DNA of 51,382 nt, filler included, from Catajapyx aquilonaris (lineage: Eukaryota): the NCBI GenBank assembly GCA_000934665.2. It is 2 parts of 2 records of this genome, joined end to end, with 100 filler letters (N's around TTAATTAATTAA, not from the genome) between each part and the next. Parts side by side here need not be neighbours in the genome. Positions count along the whole stretch, not along the records: positions 25,734 to 51,382 come from JYFJ02005329.1; 1 more part is not named here. One strand, written 5' to 3'. The notes beneath the pieces were generated by a model. That model saw only the letters and a program-made list of their open reading frames with translations. It had not been told where the DNA came from and did not search any database. Shown one piece after another: positions 38,261 through 51,004 of the stretch (position 1 is the stretch's first letter; each line of letters begins with the position of its first letter). Both the position numbers and the translations under genes were made by a program.

Positions 38261-39277
38261 CGCTGGTCTTTGGTACGGACTGTGTGCAAAGTGAAGCCGT
38301 GACGGAGAGAAGTTGGTTTCATCTTTTTGGGTTGGAGAGAGAGGTCCGGGCGGACCACTTCATTTAGGGAATATCATGCCGCAAAAGTCGAAGTGAGTAG
38401 TAGGAGGAAAATTGACGCACAGCCTTGGGGAAGTATGTGTTGAAAGGGACAATGAAAAGGGTATTGCACGGAGTAATGCAGCGATTTTGTTCAGGCTGGG
38501 CACAGCCTGGCCGGTGGAGGTTTGGCCAGAAGGGTGGGGGACAGGGGCTGGGACACATGGTTGCTCATATGGTGGTGTCTGGAGGGTGGTCAACCAGCCA
38601 TGGTCCATCAGTTTGGGAGGGTCAATGAATGAACTGCGGTTGACCAACAAATTCCAACAATTACGTGTTGTACTAGAGAAAAGGGTGGTATGACACTGCA
38701 GGCTATTAGGAGTCAACCGGGACCACTTTCAAGGTGAAAATACAGCACAGCTGTTGAAGAAAATGTGTTGTGCAAGGAAGAAAGCTTGCACGACACTTAT
38801 TTTTGACTGTTAAGAGTAAAATAGCGTGACATTCAGGGAGGAAAAAGAAACCGGAAGTGCTATTTGAAGTAGGTTGAGTGAATGCTGATGCAGGACCATA
38901 GCAGTTTTATGGGTGACCCTGATCAATAGCAATAGGAGTTGAGTGCAATGAAATGAGTGATAAATGATACATTATCCATTGCCACAATGATACTGGCATA
39001 CATACTGCATGATGCTTACATTGTTGGTGTACCCATTAGAACTACTGAACTGAATGTCAGTAATAGGAGCCATATTATTGCAGGGGTTAAAAGATGTGCA
39101 TGAAAAGTAATGTTCACTTTTGATTCCCATGAATATAACTGAATGAATTAACTGCTTAAAATAAGCAGCTAAGTACCAAAAAAACACTAACTACTACCTA
39201 AATGCTTCTCATGTGTTCTGTATATTTTCTGGATAAAGTAGGGATGCAGCTGTTATGCTAGTTGGTAAGTGTTTTAA

Positions 39278-40110
39278 CCCTTTGTCTCCCGGGGCCATGT
39301 TGGTTGTATGATCATATGACCATGCAAAATAATTGTTTAAAATTTCTGGTATAACCCTGATGGAAATTTCTTTCACCATAGCCTTAGGAAATGTTCATAG
39401 TTTATATGTTCATGAGTATTTACACCACTCGTGTGATATTTTTAATGGCACGACGTCTTAGGCCAAAGGTCTCATTCATCGTAAAGAAACACTTGCTGCA
39501 CAAATTTATATACACACAGCTCCCTGCCGCATATTTCCTGGTAAGTGGACATGCAGCTGAAAACCATTTAGCAATTCTCGAAATTCTGCAACTTACTTTT
39601 TGCCAAGGAAAAAATCAGCACCTGTCAAGGGTAGGCAAACTCCCCCGGCGCCATTGCTGCTGTGAAAGTGTCCTCACCCCTAATTGGCCAGGCGGACTGC
39701 TCTTGAGTGGTGGCCACTTGCTACCTGCACCAACTTTTTTTGGCACCTGGTGGATTTTTACTGCCTTTTAAACCAGACCTTTAAAAATTTTTCACTGGAC
39801 ACTTAATATTTTCATAATTCATCAGAGGGACTGGGAGAATTATCTGGGATTTTTTTGAGGGGTGGAAGCCGCGTTTAAAAATCAGCGTAGATGTCGCTAT
39901 AGGATGACGTCACCTTCTCGTGCATAGCATATGATGCGGTATATGGCTGTCTCAAGATGCAACTCGGGTTTGTAGGTCTCGTATGCTTCAGCCCCATCCT
40001 GTGCATGAATCGAGAGCAAAACCAATGGTGCCAGATCCAGGGATTTTTACCTAGGGCACTATTTTTATAACCCTACCCAAAATGTGTAGAATCCAGCGGG
40101 AAACAAAGGG
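39278..40110. mobile_element. piggyBac-like non-autonomous element
   Basis: TTAA-CCCTTTGT(C/T)TCCCG..CGGGAAACAAAGGG-TTAA; second copy at 44001-46327. Confidence 0.88.
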
Positions 40111-40203
40111 TTAAATAACCAGACTTCATCTTCATTGCAAATATACGTACAACATTGAGAGGCTGGTGGCAATCACATTACGTGAATGTTTTGAGTGTAT
40201 GTA

Positions 40204-40764
40204 CGAGGGGCGTTTGATAAGTAGTGAACCTACCTGTGAAGGAGTTGTCCCAGGCGAATGTCACTTTAACACTTCTCTACGTAGCCCTCCTGGGGTATGG
40301 TGTACTCCTCCCAAACAGTGGTCCAGCTTTGCATCCCTTCTCAAAATAAAGATGTCTTGGTCATCGCACCACTCATGTACAATGTCCATGACGGCATCAT
40401 CACTGTTGAAACCAAGGTTGAAACGCTCTTCTTTCAGGTGTCGTATGAGTGTAGGGAACTGATGATTGTCAGATTGTGACAAATCAGTGGGTGGCACCAT
40501 CTGACTATCACCCGTTCATAACACATTCAAAAGACACCTGCAAGAACAGTGTTTCAACAAGGATGATGCCGTCACAGACGATGTCCGTGAATGGTGTGAT
40601 GACCAAGACAATTTTTTTTTTTTTTGCTAATGAATGCAAAGCTGGACCACTGTTTGGGAGGAGTACATCATACTCCAGGAGGGCTACGTAGAGAAGTGTT
40701 AAAGTGCCATTCGCCCAGGACAACTCCTTAACAAGTAGGCTCACTACTCATCAAACACCCCTCA
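40204..40764. mobile_element. Mariner-derived foldback MITE
   Basis: TA flanks, TIR CGAGGGGCGTTTGATAAGTAGTGA; both arms carry transposase 3' end (SDNHQF..LKEERF..SDDAV..EW; GYVEK). Confidence 0.88.
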
Positions 40765-41044
40765 TATATGTTCATGTCATCCATTTCATCATCATCCTAT
40801 CCATTATATCCTCTATGTGGCCTGACCAGTCATTGGAGGATCCATTGTAATGGGCGTACGAGATGAACAGGTGAATGTACCTGGTCATCGTTGGCAACAC
40901 CATTTTGGGAAAATGTTGTGATTGATTGTGTGTTTTTGTGAGAGGCTGGTTGCAATGGATATATGAATGCAGTCTGCATATTTTCCCACCAAGTAATGCC
41001 CACCTCTTTTAGAAACACATTTTCTTTGATAAAATTTGGAATAT

Positions 41045-41049
41045 TTATG

Positions 41050-41123
<74 letters not shown>

Positions 41124-41416
41124 GTAATACCCCTTGCCACCCCTTACGGGGTATTCGGTGAGGCCATGGTAGAAGCGCCCGGGCCTATGGGCAGGGGGAC
41201 TGGCAGGGGATGTGCAAGGTGCAGTGCATCGACTAGGAAGGTCATTTTGTGAGCTCCCCTGGGTGGCTTAGTCTGTCGGAAATACCACCCGAAACGAAGC
41301 CAGAGATGACCCTAGAACTCTGCATGAGATGAAGGGGGTATCCCTGGGTTGGGTTCGAACCCGGGACCTTAACATCCGTGGGCGCGTACGTTACCGCAGC
41401 GCCACTCCGTCTCCCC
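41045..41416 (-). mobile_element. tRNA-derived SINE, family B, with (TAA)n tail
   Basis: Homologous to 36886-37229; 14-bp TSD AAAATTTGGAATAT. Confidence 0.9.
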
Positions 41417-42438
41417 AAAATTTGGAATATGTGTGGACCAAGCAGTGTTAAGTTCAGAACTGTTGAGCATTACTATCCATGTGAATAAAAATATTCTAGT
41501 TGCCCAGACCTCTCAGGAAGTGGCTGGACTAATGATAATCTATTAGCTTGCTATTCAGTGAACTTACAACTCTAATGAAGGATGATCTTTGTTTGCAGGC
41601 AGTCCCTGACATGGCAAGAACATGCATGTTTATGATACAGCCCAATGTGAGAAAGTTATATATATTTTTCTAACATACAGCTTGCTACTCTTCAAGATTC
41701 TAATTAACCAGTGGAGGGGTAATACCTGTAAATATTAGGACATGGATACGGCTCCTTTTAATGTTTTCTTTTGGGGTGTTGTGTATGAAGGTTTTGTAAG
41801 GCAGTGACAGTGCATGCTGACAGGTGTTAGTTGGGTTCACATATCTGTGATTGGTGCCTCAGTGACTAATTTTCTTCACTGGCAGCAACCATATACTACT
41901 TGGCTGAAAAAAATGGAGGCGATTGTGCATTTGGTTTCAATGCCAAATCGTCTCCATCTTTTTGAGCGATATAGTACATTCATGTATAGTGATCTGGCCA
42001 ATGTGTTATGTTGTTTTATAATGTACTGAATTATTGATATGATTGATATTCTGTAAAATTCCAACATTGTTTTGATCTGGAAAAATACCTTTTTGGGAGT
42101 TGCAAGGTATCCCTTTTTGCTAGGTGACCTGCTAGTGGGAAAAGAGAATGGAGGGAACAGGCAAGTAGAGGTGATTACTAGTGTCAGTTAAGAAAGGGAC
42201 ACCATCTATTATGAGTCTGGGTCCCACTCTTGGTTATTACTCGCAAAAGTGCAGGTTCAGTAGAATTCGCATGGAGGATGAGACATTGAATCACTGGTAG
42301 CTGCAGGTTGGCAGCATCTGTACATGGGCCTTAATGTGAAACTACAAGTAACCTACCATGTATGCTGAAACCCATTTTGTGACATATACTGTGAGGAGGT
42401 GCCTCCTCATTCTCCCTTACTCATCCTTTGCTCTAGAA

Positions 42439-42904
42439 CAGGGGTATTCAACTAGTTTATGACAAGGTCCAGTATTTACCTTTCCTGGGCCATTGAAGGT
42501 TCGGACCCCCCCCCCCCGGGGTAAAGATATGGATTTCATATGGTACAACAGGGTTCATTTTTGAAAACAGAAACAAGTGCAGCAAGGGTAGAAGGGCCTA
42601 TCAAGACATTTTCGCCCTTTATGGAGTCATGTACAGGCGCGTAGGCAGATTTATTTTTCGGAGGGGCGCCCATTTCATAAGGACAAGGGGAACAAGCCGT
42701 ATAGGGCAGGGAGGCAGCCTGCCACAGGCGAAATTTTTTGTGGGGGTTGAAGGTCACACGAGTTTAGGTGAATGTGGGAGATTTGAAGCACTTTTTCCAA
42801 AAAAAATCATGAATTAGTAATTTCTAATGCTATTTCAAACTGTCCTGTATAATCGTCGCGGTCCGGACAAAATTGCGTCGCGGTCCGCCAGTTGAATAGC
42901 CCTA
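42439..42904. mobile_element. hAT-like MITE
   Basis: CAGGGGTATTCAACT / AGTTGAATAGCCCTA ends, GGTCCG subterminal motifs; TSD not preserved. Confidence 0.6.
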
Positions 42905-43424
42905 GCACAAGTTCCTGTCAGAATATATTGTGTAGTGATAAGACAGTTTCTGCCTATGCAAACAATAAGTTTCTGGAACATTAAATCACAGATATTTATC
43001 CTGGCTTTTCCCATGATGCTTCCTGATATATGAAGGTACTTCAGTGCCATTACATGCCTGTGCTCATCCTGTTTAGGTTGGAGAAGGTGTAAGCTTTTTA
43101 CCTACAGTTTATTATTACAATATTGTTCCCACAGAAGGTAGGAGGTGTGGAATATACACTGGTGTTAATAGAAAGTGTATCACATACGAGGGTGAATCAA
43201 ATGAAACCAGTTCATGGAATCTGGAGAGGATACTGCTGAATGCAGAGACTTGAAACTTCCACCACAGCAAGATAGTACCAGATACTTGGTTGTCTATGAA
43301 TAATTTTAAAAGTGTGGCCAGAACAATTCCTTAATTCTCATTAAGCGACAATGAGATGCCTGGTCCTTTGAAAATTGCTTGGTGTAGACACTTGCCTCTT
43401 GGCTACTGCTACAGCTACGTCATA

Positions 43425-43659
43425 CTGCTAGCGACATTTTTGCAGCAGCAGAGGAGCGCATCGAAGTGATGAAGTGAGGGCAGTGTGAGTAAGAAGTGAT
43501 AGACCCTGCTCGTGATGTCTCCCGCTCCCTCCAACTTGTTTTGAATGCTTGCACGTAGCTTGTGACTTCACAAGCAGGGTCTACCACTTCTTACTCACAC
43601 GGCCCCCACTTCATAACAGCGATGAACTCCTCTGCAGCCTCGAAAAATGTCACTAGCAG
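43425..43659. mobile_element. TA-flanked foldback MITE
   Basis: CTGCTAG(C/T)GACATTTTT.. ~95-bp inverted arms. Confidence 0.8.
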
Positions 43660-43745
43660 TACAACGTGATTAATATCCAACACTGTACCAAATGCAACAA
43701 TGCCATGATACTTAAATCAATGGGTGTTATTTAGGCATGGGTTAC

Positions 43746-43911
43746 GGTGCGTTTACATGTGAGTGATTTGTTCACGGCGATGCATCCAATTGTTTGGGGG
43801 CGAAAGTAACAATCGATCTTCGCCTCTAACAATACTGGTTACTTGGTTACGCAGCGATGTTACCACTGGCGATGCATCGCCGCGAACAAATCTCTCACAT
43901 GTAAACGTACC
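43746..43911. mobile_element. Tourist-like MITE
   Basis: GGT(G/A)CGTTTACATGTGAG inverted ends. Confidence 0.8.
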
Positions 43912-44035
43912 TTTAAGCAGGCAGATTAAGTTTCAGGTTCTTTTTCCTCTTTTACCTGATCAGACTGGCCTCATTAGTAATGGAAATTTTGCTGGCTGAA
44001 CCCTTTGTCTTCTGCAGCCATTTTGGTTGTATTAA

Positions 44036-44385
44036 GGGGTATGCACACTGGCATTGACAGGCCTTGTCTTCGGTTAAGTTGATACCGCCGACCAATCAAA
44101 GCGGGCCCTGTGGTCGAAGAGAGGGTTGTCGACAAAATTTGTTGAATCTGTTTTGGTCGAGGTCAGAGTCGAGCTAAAACTGCAACCAGCCAATAGGAGG
44201 ATGTGCTTGGGCAGAGTGTGTGCGCACTGATGCAGCAGTCATGTAAACCTGCAACTGAGGAACTGAAACGTGTAAACAGCAGCTCGCCCTTGACCAATCA
44301 GATTGGGCACTTCGGGCCCGCTCTGATTGGTCGGCGGCATCAGTGCAACCAAAGACAAGACTGTCGACGCCAATGTGCGTGGGCC
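44036..44385. mobile_element. Tourist-like MITE (nested)
   Basis: Inverted arms GCACACTGGCATTGACAG..CCGCCGACCAATCA / TGATTGGTCGGCGG..CTGTCGACGCCAATGTGC. Confidence 0.7.
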
Positions 44386-44391
44386 TTTATA

Positions 44392-45138
44392 CGAGGGCGA
44401 ATCAGAAAGTAATTGAAGACTTTTTTAATTCAGAAATTTCACTAGAGAAACTTGAACTGAGATATACATATGAAAGGGCAAGTCTTTCTCTAATTTTAGA
44501 CATAGTGACCATACACTTTGGTGCACTTGTCCCAGCGTGACACTATTTTTTCCATACCCCTGCAGAAAAAAGCTTCAGGCTGGGTGGGAAACCAGTGGTA
44601 GATGACCTCTTTCACTTCCTCGTTGTCGCTGAGTTCTGACTGGCCAGGTGCTTCTTCATTGGTCCAAAAGACATGGTAGACCATGGTTAAAACCATCTCT
44701 TTGGACCAAAGAAGAAGAACCTGGCAGGTCAGAACTTAAGTGTGGGTGGGAAGCCAGTGGGGGATGGCCTCTTCACTTCCTCGATGTCGCTGATGTCTTG
44801 AGAAGCTAGTGCTACTTCATTGGTACAAAGAGATGGTTCTAACCCTGGTTTACCATCTCTTTGCACCAATGAAGAAGCACCTGGCAGGTCAGAACTTCAG
44901 CGACATTGAGGAAGTGAAAGAGGCCGTCCGCCCCTGGCTTCCCACCCAGCGTGACACGTTTTTCTGCATGGGTATGGAAAAACTAGTGTCCTGCTGGGAC
45001 AAGTGCACCAAAGTGTATGGTGAGTATGTCTAAAATGAGAGGAAGACTTGCCCTTTCATAATGTGTATCTTGGTTTCAGTTTCTCTAATGAAACTTCTGA
45101 ATTAAACAAATTTTCAATTACTTTCTGATTTGCCCTCA
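44392..45138. mobile_element. Mariner-derived foldback MITE (nested)
   Basis: TA flanks, TIR CGAGGGCGAATCAGAAAGTAATTGAA; both arms encode YHLF.PMKKHLAGQNFSDIEEVKEAV..WL..FF..GMEKLV..WDKC..GEYV*. Confidence 0.92.
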
Positions 45139-45340
45139 TAACACAACCATACAAAATATTTTTTTTTTAATTCACAGGGATAACCCTGATGGAAATTTCT
45201 TTCACCATAGAAACTAGAAGAGTTACCTAAGGCTATATTCTTGAGTAGGCCTATTTATGCCACTGGCGTGATATTTTTAATGGCACGACGTCAAAGGCCA
45301 AAGGTCTCATTCGTTGTAACCAAACATTTACTGTCCGCAT

Positions 45341-45701
45341 TTACTTTATTTATTTATTTATAATTATTTACCCCATTAGAGGGAACTGAGCCCTTTTAGG
45401 GGGGTGGATTACCACCATTTAAATCTTCTCAGAATTTTCTGTATTTCTTCGAACTCTGGTGCAGGGAAATCAAGGACAATGGGTAAGGATAGGGATTGTT
45501 GGGGAGGGAACGCAGGTGCAATTGTAATACTGATAAATGGGTCTTGTGGTGTTCCCCAGGAGGTTAGGTTGCCTGACACCTCCAAGGTGCTGGTCAGAGA
45601 CCCTCCCAATGCAGGTGAAAGGGAGTTCCCAGGCGAGGATCCAACCTGGGACCTTTCACTCAGCAAGCCGAGACGTTACCATCTCGGCCACCACACCTCC
45701 C
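45341..45701 (-). mobile_element. tRNA-derived SINE, family A (nested)
   Basis: Homologous to 10542-10896; imperfect TSD TACTG..CG.ATT. Confidence 0.88.
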
Positions 45702-46355
45702 ATACTGCACGAATTAAATACACATAGCTCCCTGCCACATATTTCTTGAGATGTGGACGTGCAGCAGAAAAATTAATTAAAAAATTCCCGAAATTTTGCA
45801 ACTTTTCGCTGAGGGGAAAATCAGAACAATCTGTGAAGGGTAGGCAAACTCCCCTGGCGCCATTGTGGCAGTGAAAGTGGCTCCTAATTGGCCAGGCGGA
45901 CTGCTTCCAGCTCTCGGCATTGACTGCTTGACACTTGGGCTGCCTTTTTTTGCACCAGGTGACTCACATTACCTCTGTTTAAACAGGACCTTCAAATTTT
46001 TAAAAACTTACATGTAATGTTTTCATAATTAGAGGGATTGGGCAATCATATAGATATATCTTGATTTTTTCGATGGGTGGAAGCCGCCTAAAAAAAACTG
46101 CGTAGATGTCGCAATAGGATGACGTCACCTTCTCGTGCATAGGATATGAGGCCGTACATGGCTCTCTCTCGATGCAACTGGGGTTTGTAGGTCTTGGGAC
46201 ACTTCAGCCCCATCTTGTGCATGAATCGAGAGCGAAACCAATGGTGCCAGATTCAGCGATTTTCATCTAGGGCACTATTTTTATACCCCCACCCAAAACG
46301 TGCAGAAGCGAGCAGGAGACAGAGGAGTAATAAATCAGATATTACAGCAAATATA

Positions 46356-46801
46356 CAGGGTGAAGGGATTTTCGCGCCCAATCGCCAGGTAGACTGATAG
46401 TACTTGCAAAACTAATATAGGGATGTGCAATTAGTTTTGGGCACCGGTGTGGAGTTAATGCGTATGGCGCCTTTAAAGTGTAGAGGGCTGGATGATAAAA
46501 TATGAGGTAAAAACGACAAAGTGCATGGGGTCGTACCCGGCTTCTTACGCTGACCGGATTTGATCACCTATTACACATGGGCGATGTGTTACGGACCCAA
46601 GGCCGGATTATTCTGAGGCCCTCGAGCTGACTTTTGCTTCCTTGAAACAGGCGGAGCGGACGTGACGTCAGAATGAAACTTTAAAGGCACTGTACGCATT
46701 AACTACGCAAGGGTGACCAAAACTAATTGCACTTCCCTATATTAGTTTTGCGAGTAATATCAGTCTACTTGTCGATTGGGCGTGATTTTCCCTTCACCCT
46801 G
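46356..46801. mobile_element. Tc1-like MITE
   Basis: TA-CAGGGTGAAGGGA..TCCCTTCACCCTG-TA, ~120-bp arms. Confidence 0.88.
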
Positions 46802-47335
46802 TATATTCACTGACCACCAGTTGAAAGCAGCTTGTCTGGGTCAATGGAATGACATGTAGGCAGAAATCATTGTTTGTATGTTTTCATCGGTGACAAACAT
46901 ATGTTGTTTTGCAGTTCTGCCAGAGTTATATCTGATGTGATAAAGAGATGATGTAAACATAACAAAGAGTATTGGGAAACAAAGGAGGAGGAACATCCCA
47001 TTGCCCTGTACAATGTGCAACATGAAGACACTAACATAATTGCTCACAATCCTTGTCCTTACCTCATCAGTGGTGGTGTTCCACCCCTGTATAGACCCCG
47101 TAAGGGTCATCACAGGGGACTATAAATATAAATAAAATAAATAAATAAAAGATTGTCATTTTATTGCAGTGGAGGCCAAACACTGACATTTATAATGGGT
47201 TAGATTTTGCCTGTTGATTAATTTTTTTGCCCCATATTTTGGCATTTTTGGGGGGGGGGGGGGGNAATATTTGATACATATAAATAGATAATACAACAAA
47301 ACAGGACTCAAAAAATATTGAGAAATATACAGATA

Positions 47336-47933
47336 CAGTAAAACTTGTATAAATCGAATCTCCATGGGACCGGGAAAAAACTTCGAGTTATAGAAGATTC
47401 GAGTTAGAGAAGTTTCGATTTTTTAAAGCACAGAACTCTATAAGGAAGCCTACCTTTATATCCAGTGACGAAAGGTGTTCAACACTTAAAAATAACTGTC
47501 ACTATCATACTTACAATGTTCCTCATTGTTTTGTTGTAAGGAAATCTCCGTTATGGACATTTGCCTACTCTTAGATTCAAGGATTCAATTGTCACATTCG
47601 AGTCGAATACTTCTTTCGGTATGTCTGGTAGACGAGATCAGGAAATTGAGCATTTCTGTACATGTGGCCTGCTCTCGACCCTTCGGCTGGGAAATGAGAA
47701 AATTTTCCATACTCGCCTACATGAACTTCGACTTAGGGAGACTGAAAATGCATTGATATCCCATCGTAAGTCCCTGCCCGCACTTCAAGTTATGGAGAAC
47801 TTCGAGTTATAGAAATTCGAGTTAGGGAAGTTTATTTCCTATTATTTTACATTGTGACCAACCAAGCTCATCATTTTCTTCGACTTATAGAGAACTTCGA
47901 CGTAGGGAAGTTCGACTTATAGAAGTTTTACTG
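47336..47933. mobile_element. pogo/Tigger-like MITE
   Basis: TA-CAGTAAAACTT..AAGTTTTACTG-TA with subterminal TTCGA(G/C)TTATAG repeats. Confidence 0.88.
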
Positions 47934-48434
47934 TAATAGTGCCGAATAAAGTATGCAACAATAGGCAGCTTCAAGGCTCACATATGACTTTTTTTTGCCA
48001 CATTTGAGAAAAAAGAAAACACTTCAAATGACCATTTTTGAATGTTACCAAAGAAGTGTGTAACCCTGTCAGGTGGATATCGAGGATTATTCCTGTTAAC
48101 ACTTGCAGTGTTATGGCATAATGCCTGAGATTAGCAGGTATTATCTTCAAACATGTATTTGCGTATGAATTGTGACTGATGCTTTTAGCCTGCCCTAGTC
48201 TGAAACTAGCTTAGTGTGCCATATTCCTGGGACTAGCACAGACTGGTGACTTTTTCTGAGTAGTACTCAGAGCTTCTGCATTCTGTGTGAAAAAGAAATC
48301 ACTTTTTATCTATATCGTAAATAGGCCATTATACCCTTCTGTATGTACTATACTGGGAGAATTTGGGAATCCTACTAACCACATCCATGCCAAGATTGAA
48401 ACAATTGTGACTTTATTTTAGGTCAGAAGCCAAG

Positions 48435-48541
48435 ATGGATTCGCCAGAGAAAGCGGGCCAACTACGTGTAGGACGAGATGGTGGATCCAGTTCACATCAT
48501 TGCAATGAGCAAATCAAATATGGGGAATTGGTGATACTTGG
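48435..48541 (+). CDS. Pli: Pellino E3 ubiquitin ligase, first coding exon (gene continues beyond the window)
   Basis: Acceptor tttattttag at 48421, donor gtgag at 48542; encodes MDSPEKAGQLRVGRDGGSSSHHCNEQIKYGELVILG, ending in the Pellino N-terminal motif KYGEL(V/I)(I/V)LG. Confidence 0.82.
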
Positions 48542-48645
48542 GTGAGAAGCTTTGTACTCTTGTATTAATATGGCAGTGAATCTGAATTCTAGGAACGAGG
48601 GTTATCGTGCCTTTATTTAGAAAGCTGTTGCATCATTGGAATCTA

Positions 48646-49003
48646 CTGTCTGATTTATTCTACTCCTGACGCACGTCATCAAGCCCCCTTCTCCTCCACC
48701 CCGTCCACTCTTTCACGGACTGTACTTGTTACCAACCTAACCTCATGCACGTGGTCATCGCTTTCACCATTAATGCAACGCTGTTCCTTTCTGTCCATGA
48801 CAAGGGAATACACAGAGGGTCGATTAACACTCACATTATAATTTATATCACAAATGTGTGCCGTATGATTTAATTACAACATTGTTTGTGATACCACGAG
48901 TGTGAAGTTATGTTCGGTAACATGTACAGTCCGTGGAGGGAGGGACGGGTGGAGCAAAGGAGGGGCTTCATGACGTGGGTCAGGAGTAGAATAAATCAGA
49001 CAG
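48646..49003. mobile_element. TA-flanked MITE
   Basis: CTGTCTGATTTATTCTACTCCTGAC and exact inverse; ~85-bp arms. Confidence 0.88.
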
Positions 49004-49351
49004 TATATACTGTAAATTATTAAATTTTTAGGGCCTAGCGTACAAAACTTTTAAGGCAAATTCCTCTGCCAGTATTTGGTAGTAACAGTGCCTGCTGACT
49101 GCATACTAGTACTCTCTAATGTATATCCAACACTATAACTTGAATGCTACCTAGCAATGCTATAAAATTGAAACAAGAATTGCTGAAGCATATTTGGTCA
49201 TTTAAAATTGATAAAATTTTGAATTTCAAATTAGTTTCAAATGTGGGGTTTTACCATTTAGAGTATGAATATGAATAAACTCTTTCTGTTTTTCAAATAA
49301 TTTTATTCACAACAACCTCCACCTCAGAGTGAGTTGATTGGAAAAGATGTT

Positions 49352-51004
49352 ATGGACAGGTAGATTCTCAGACGGTGGAGCCGTCTAGTGGCCGGAAAGT
49401 GCAGTTTTTACAGGAAAGAAGGGCGACTCGTGCTTGGCTCACACAGTGGGGTCGGAAGTCACAATAATGTTTCACTTCTGGCAGAGAGGATGCCATTTAC
49501 TGTGCTGATACTACATCCCTTCCTGAACGTAAATAGCCCCAGACCACAAGTTATAAGGCTCTAATTAGCCCGTAATTAATTCATCAAAATGGTGGTATTC
49601 AGGAAACATATATTGCGGCATTCCACTCTTATTTACAGCTATTTATCATGTATGTCATGTTATTTTCACACACGTTGTAGTGTAAAACTCCATCGAAATA
49701 TTAAATAATTTTAAATGGTCATTTTATCATTATAACATTAAATAAGGCCGCCAAAAGTCGGAAAATAAACTTTTCAGCTACATGGTCATGTTTGGTATGA
49801 AATCATGTGTTTTTGAGGGTGCAGAATTCAGTGGTGGCACCGAAAATAGTACCAGACAATTCCAGAAGTAGCCTAATACAGTGACACCTGTCTATAACGG
49901 ACCCTGCTTATAGCGTAAACCTGTTCATCACGGAAAATTTTTAGGGTCTCGATTCTGCTATACACAGGTTTCATAGTAATAAACTCTTTGAAAAAATGTA
50001 CCTATGTTTTCATTTTACACAGACCGTCAGGCACTAGAAGTGGAATTAATTATACAGCAGCAAATGTGCATTTTTGAAAGATAAGATGTGTTTATAGTTT
50101 TTTTAAAAAATTAGTCCGAGCATCCCATCCGACCACTGGGTAATGCAATCAGAACCATTCGTATACATCATTTCTTGAACATCGACCTTCACATGGGCGT
50201 AACAGGGTAGCTACATTGAAAAAACAAGTTTTTCGCGAATTTACATGAAGAGCACCGTTTCTTGCAGGGTCCACTTGCGATCAGCTCTTCCGAGGTTTTC
50301 GCGACATCTGCAATGGTTGACCCTGGTATACCACAGCCGCAAATAGATTTTTTCCATCCCCAAGTATCTGGTGGTGGCTGTGTGTGGCTATGTAGAGCAG
50401 AATCGAGACCCTAAAAATTTTCCTTAAGGGACAAGTTTTCGCTACATTAAGTAGGGTCCGTTATAGACAGGTTTCACTGTATTACTTCTGGGATTGTCCG
50501 GTACTATTTTCGGTACCACCACTGAATTCTGCACCCTCAAAGACGTATGATTTCATACCAAACATGACCATGTAGGCATGTAGCTGAAAAGTTTATTATC
50601 CGACTTTTGGCGGCCATATTTAATGTTATAATGATTAAATGGCACTTTAAAATTATTTAATATTTCGATGGAGTTTTACACTCCAACGTGTGTGAAAATA
50701 ACATGACAAACATGACAAATAGCTATGAATAAGAGCGCTATTCCGAAATATATTATTCTTGATGACCGCCATTTTGATGAATTAATTACTGGCTAATTAG
50801 AGCCTAAACACTTGGGGTCTGGGGCTATAAACGTTCAGGAAGGGATGTAGTATCAGCACCGTAAATGGCATCTTCTCTGCCAGAAGCGAAACATTCTGCC
50901 ACTATTTCGGACGTTCCGACCCCACTGGCCGCATACACAGTTTCCTGCCAGAACTTGCGCTTTAGACCGCCAATGGCGCCACCATCGAGAATCTACCTGT
51001 CCAT
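49352..51004. mobile_element. Large foldback element (~520-bp arms)
   Basis: ATGGACAGGTAGATTCTC / GAGAATCTACCTGTCCAT ends; arms 49352-49870 and 50482-51004 are inverted copies. Confidence 0.88.
49879..50479. mobile_element. pogo-like MITE at the apex of the large foldback
   Basis: TA-CAGTGA(C/A)ACCTGTCTATAACGGACCCT inverted ends with TA flanks. Confidence 0.88.

Larger units (their letters stand above)
44001..46327. mobile_element. piggyBac-like element, copy 2, split by three insertions
   Basis: 44001-44032 + 45141-45340 + 45702-46327 align collinearly to 39278-40110. Confidence 0.8.

Noticed and set aside
41599..41718. Two small Pellino 5' exons
   Set aside because: The implied intron is only 34 nt and there is no other support.
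47380..47925. CRISPR-like spaced repeats TTCGAGTTATAG
   Set aside because: Subterminal repeats of a pogo-like MITE; eukaryotic context, no unique spacers or cas genes.
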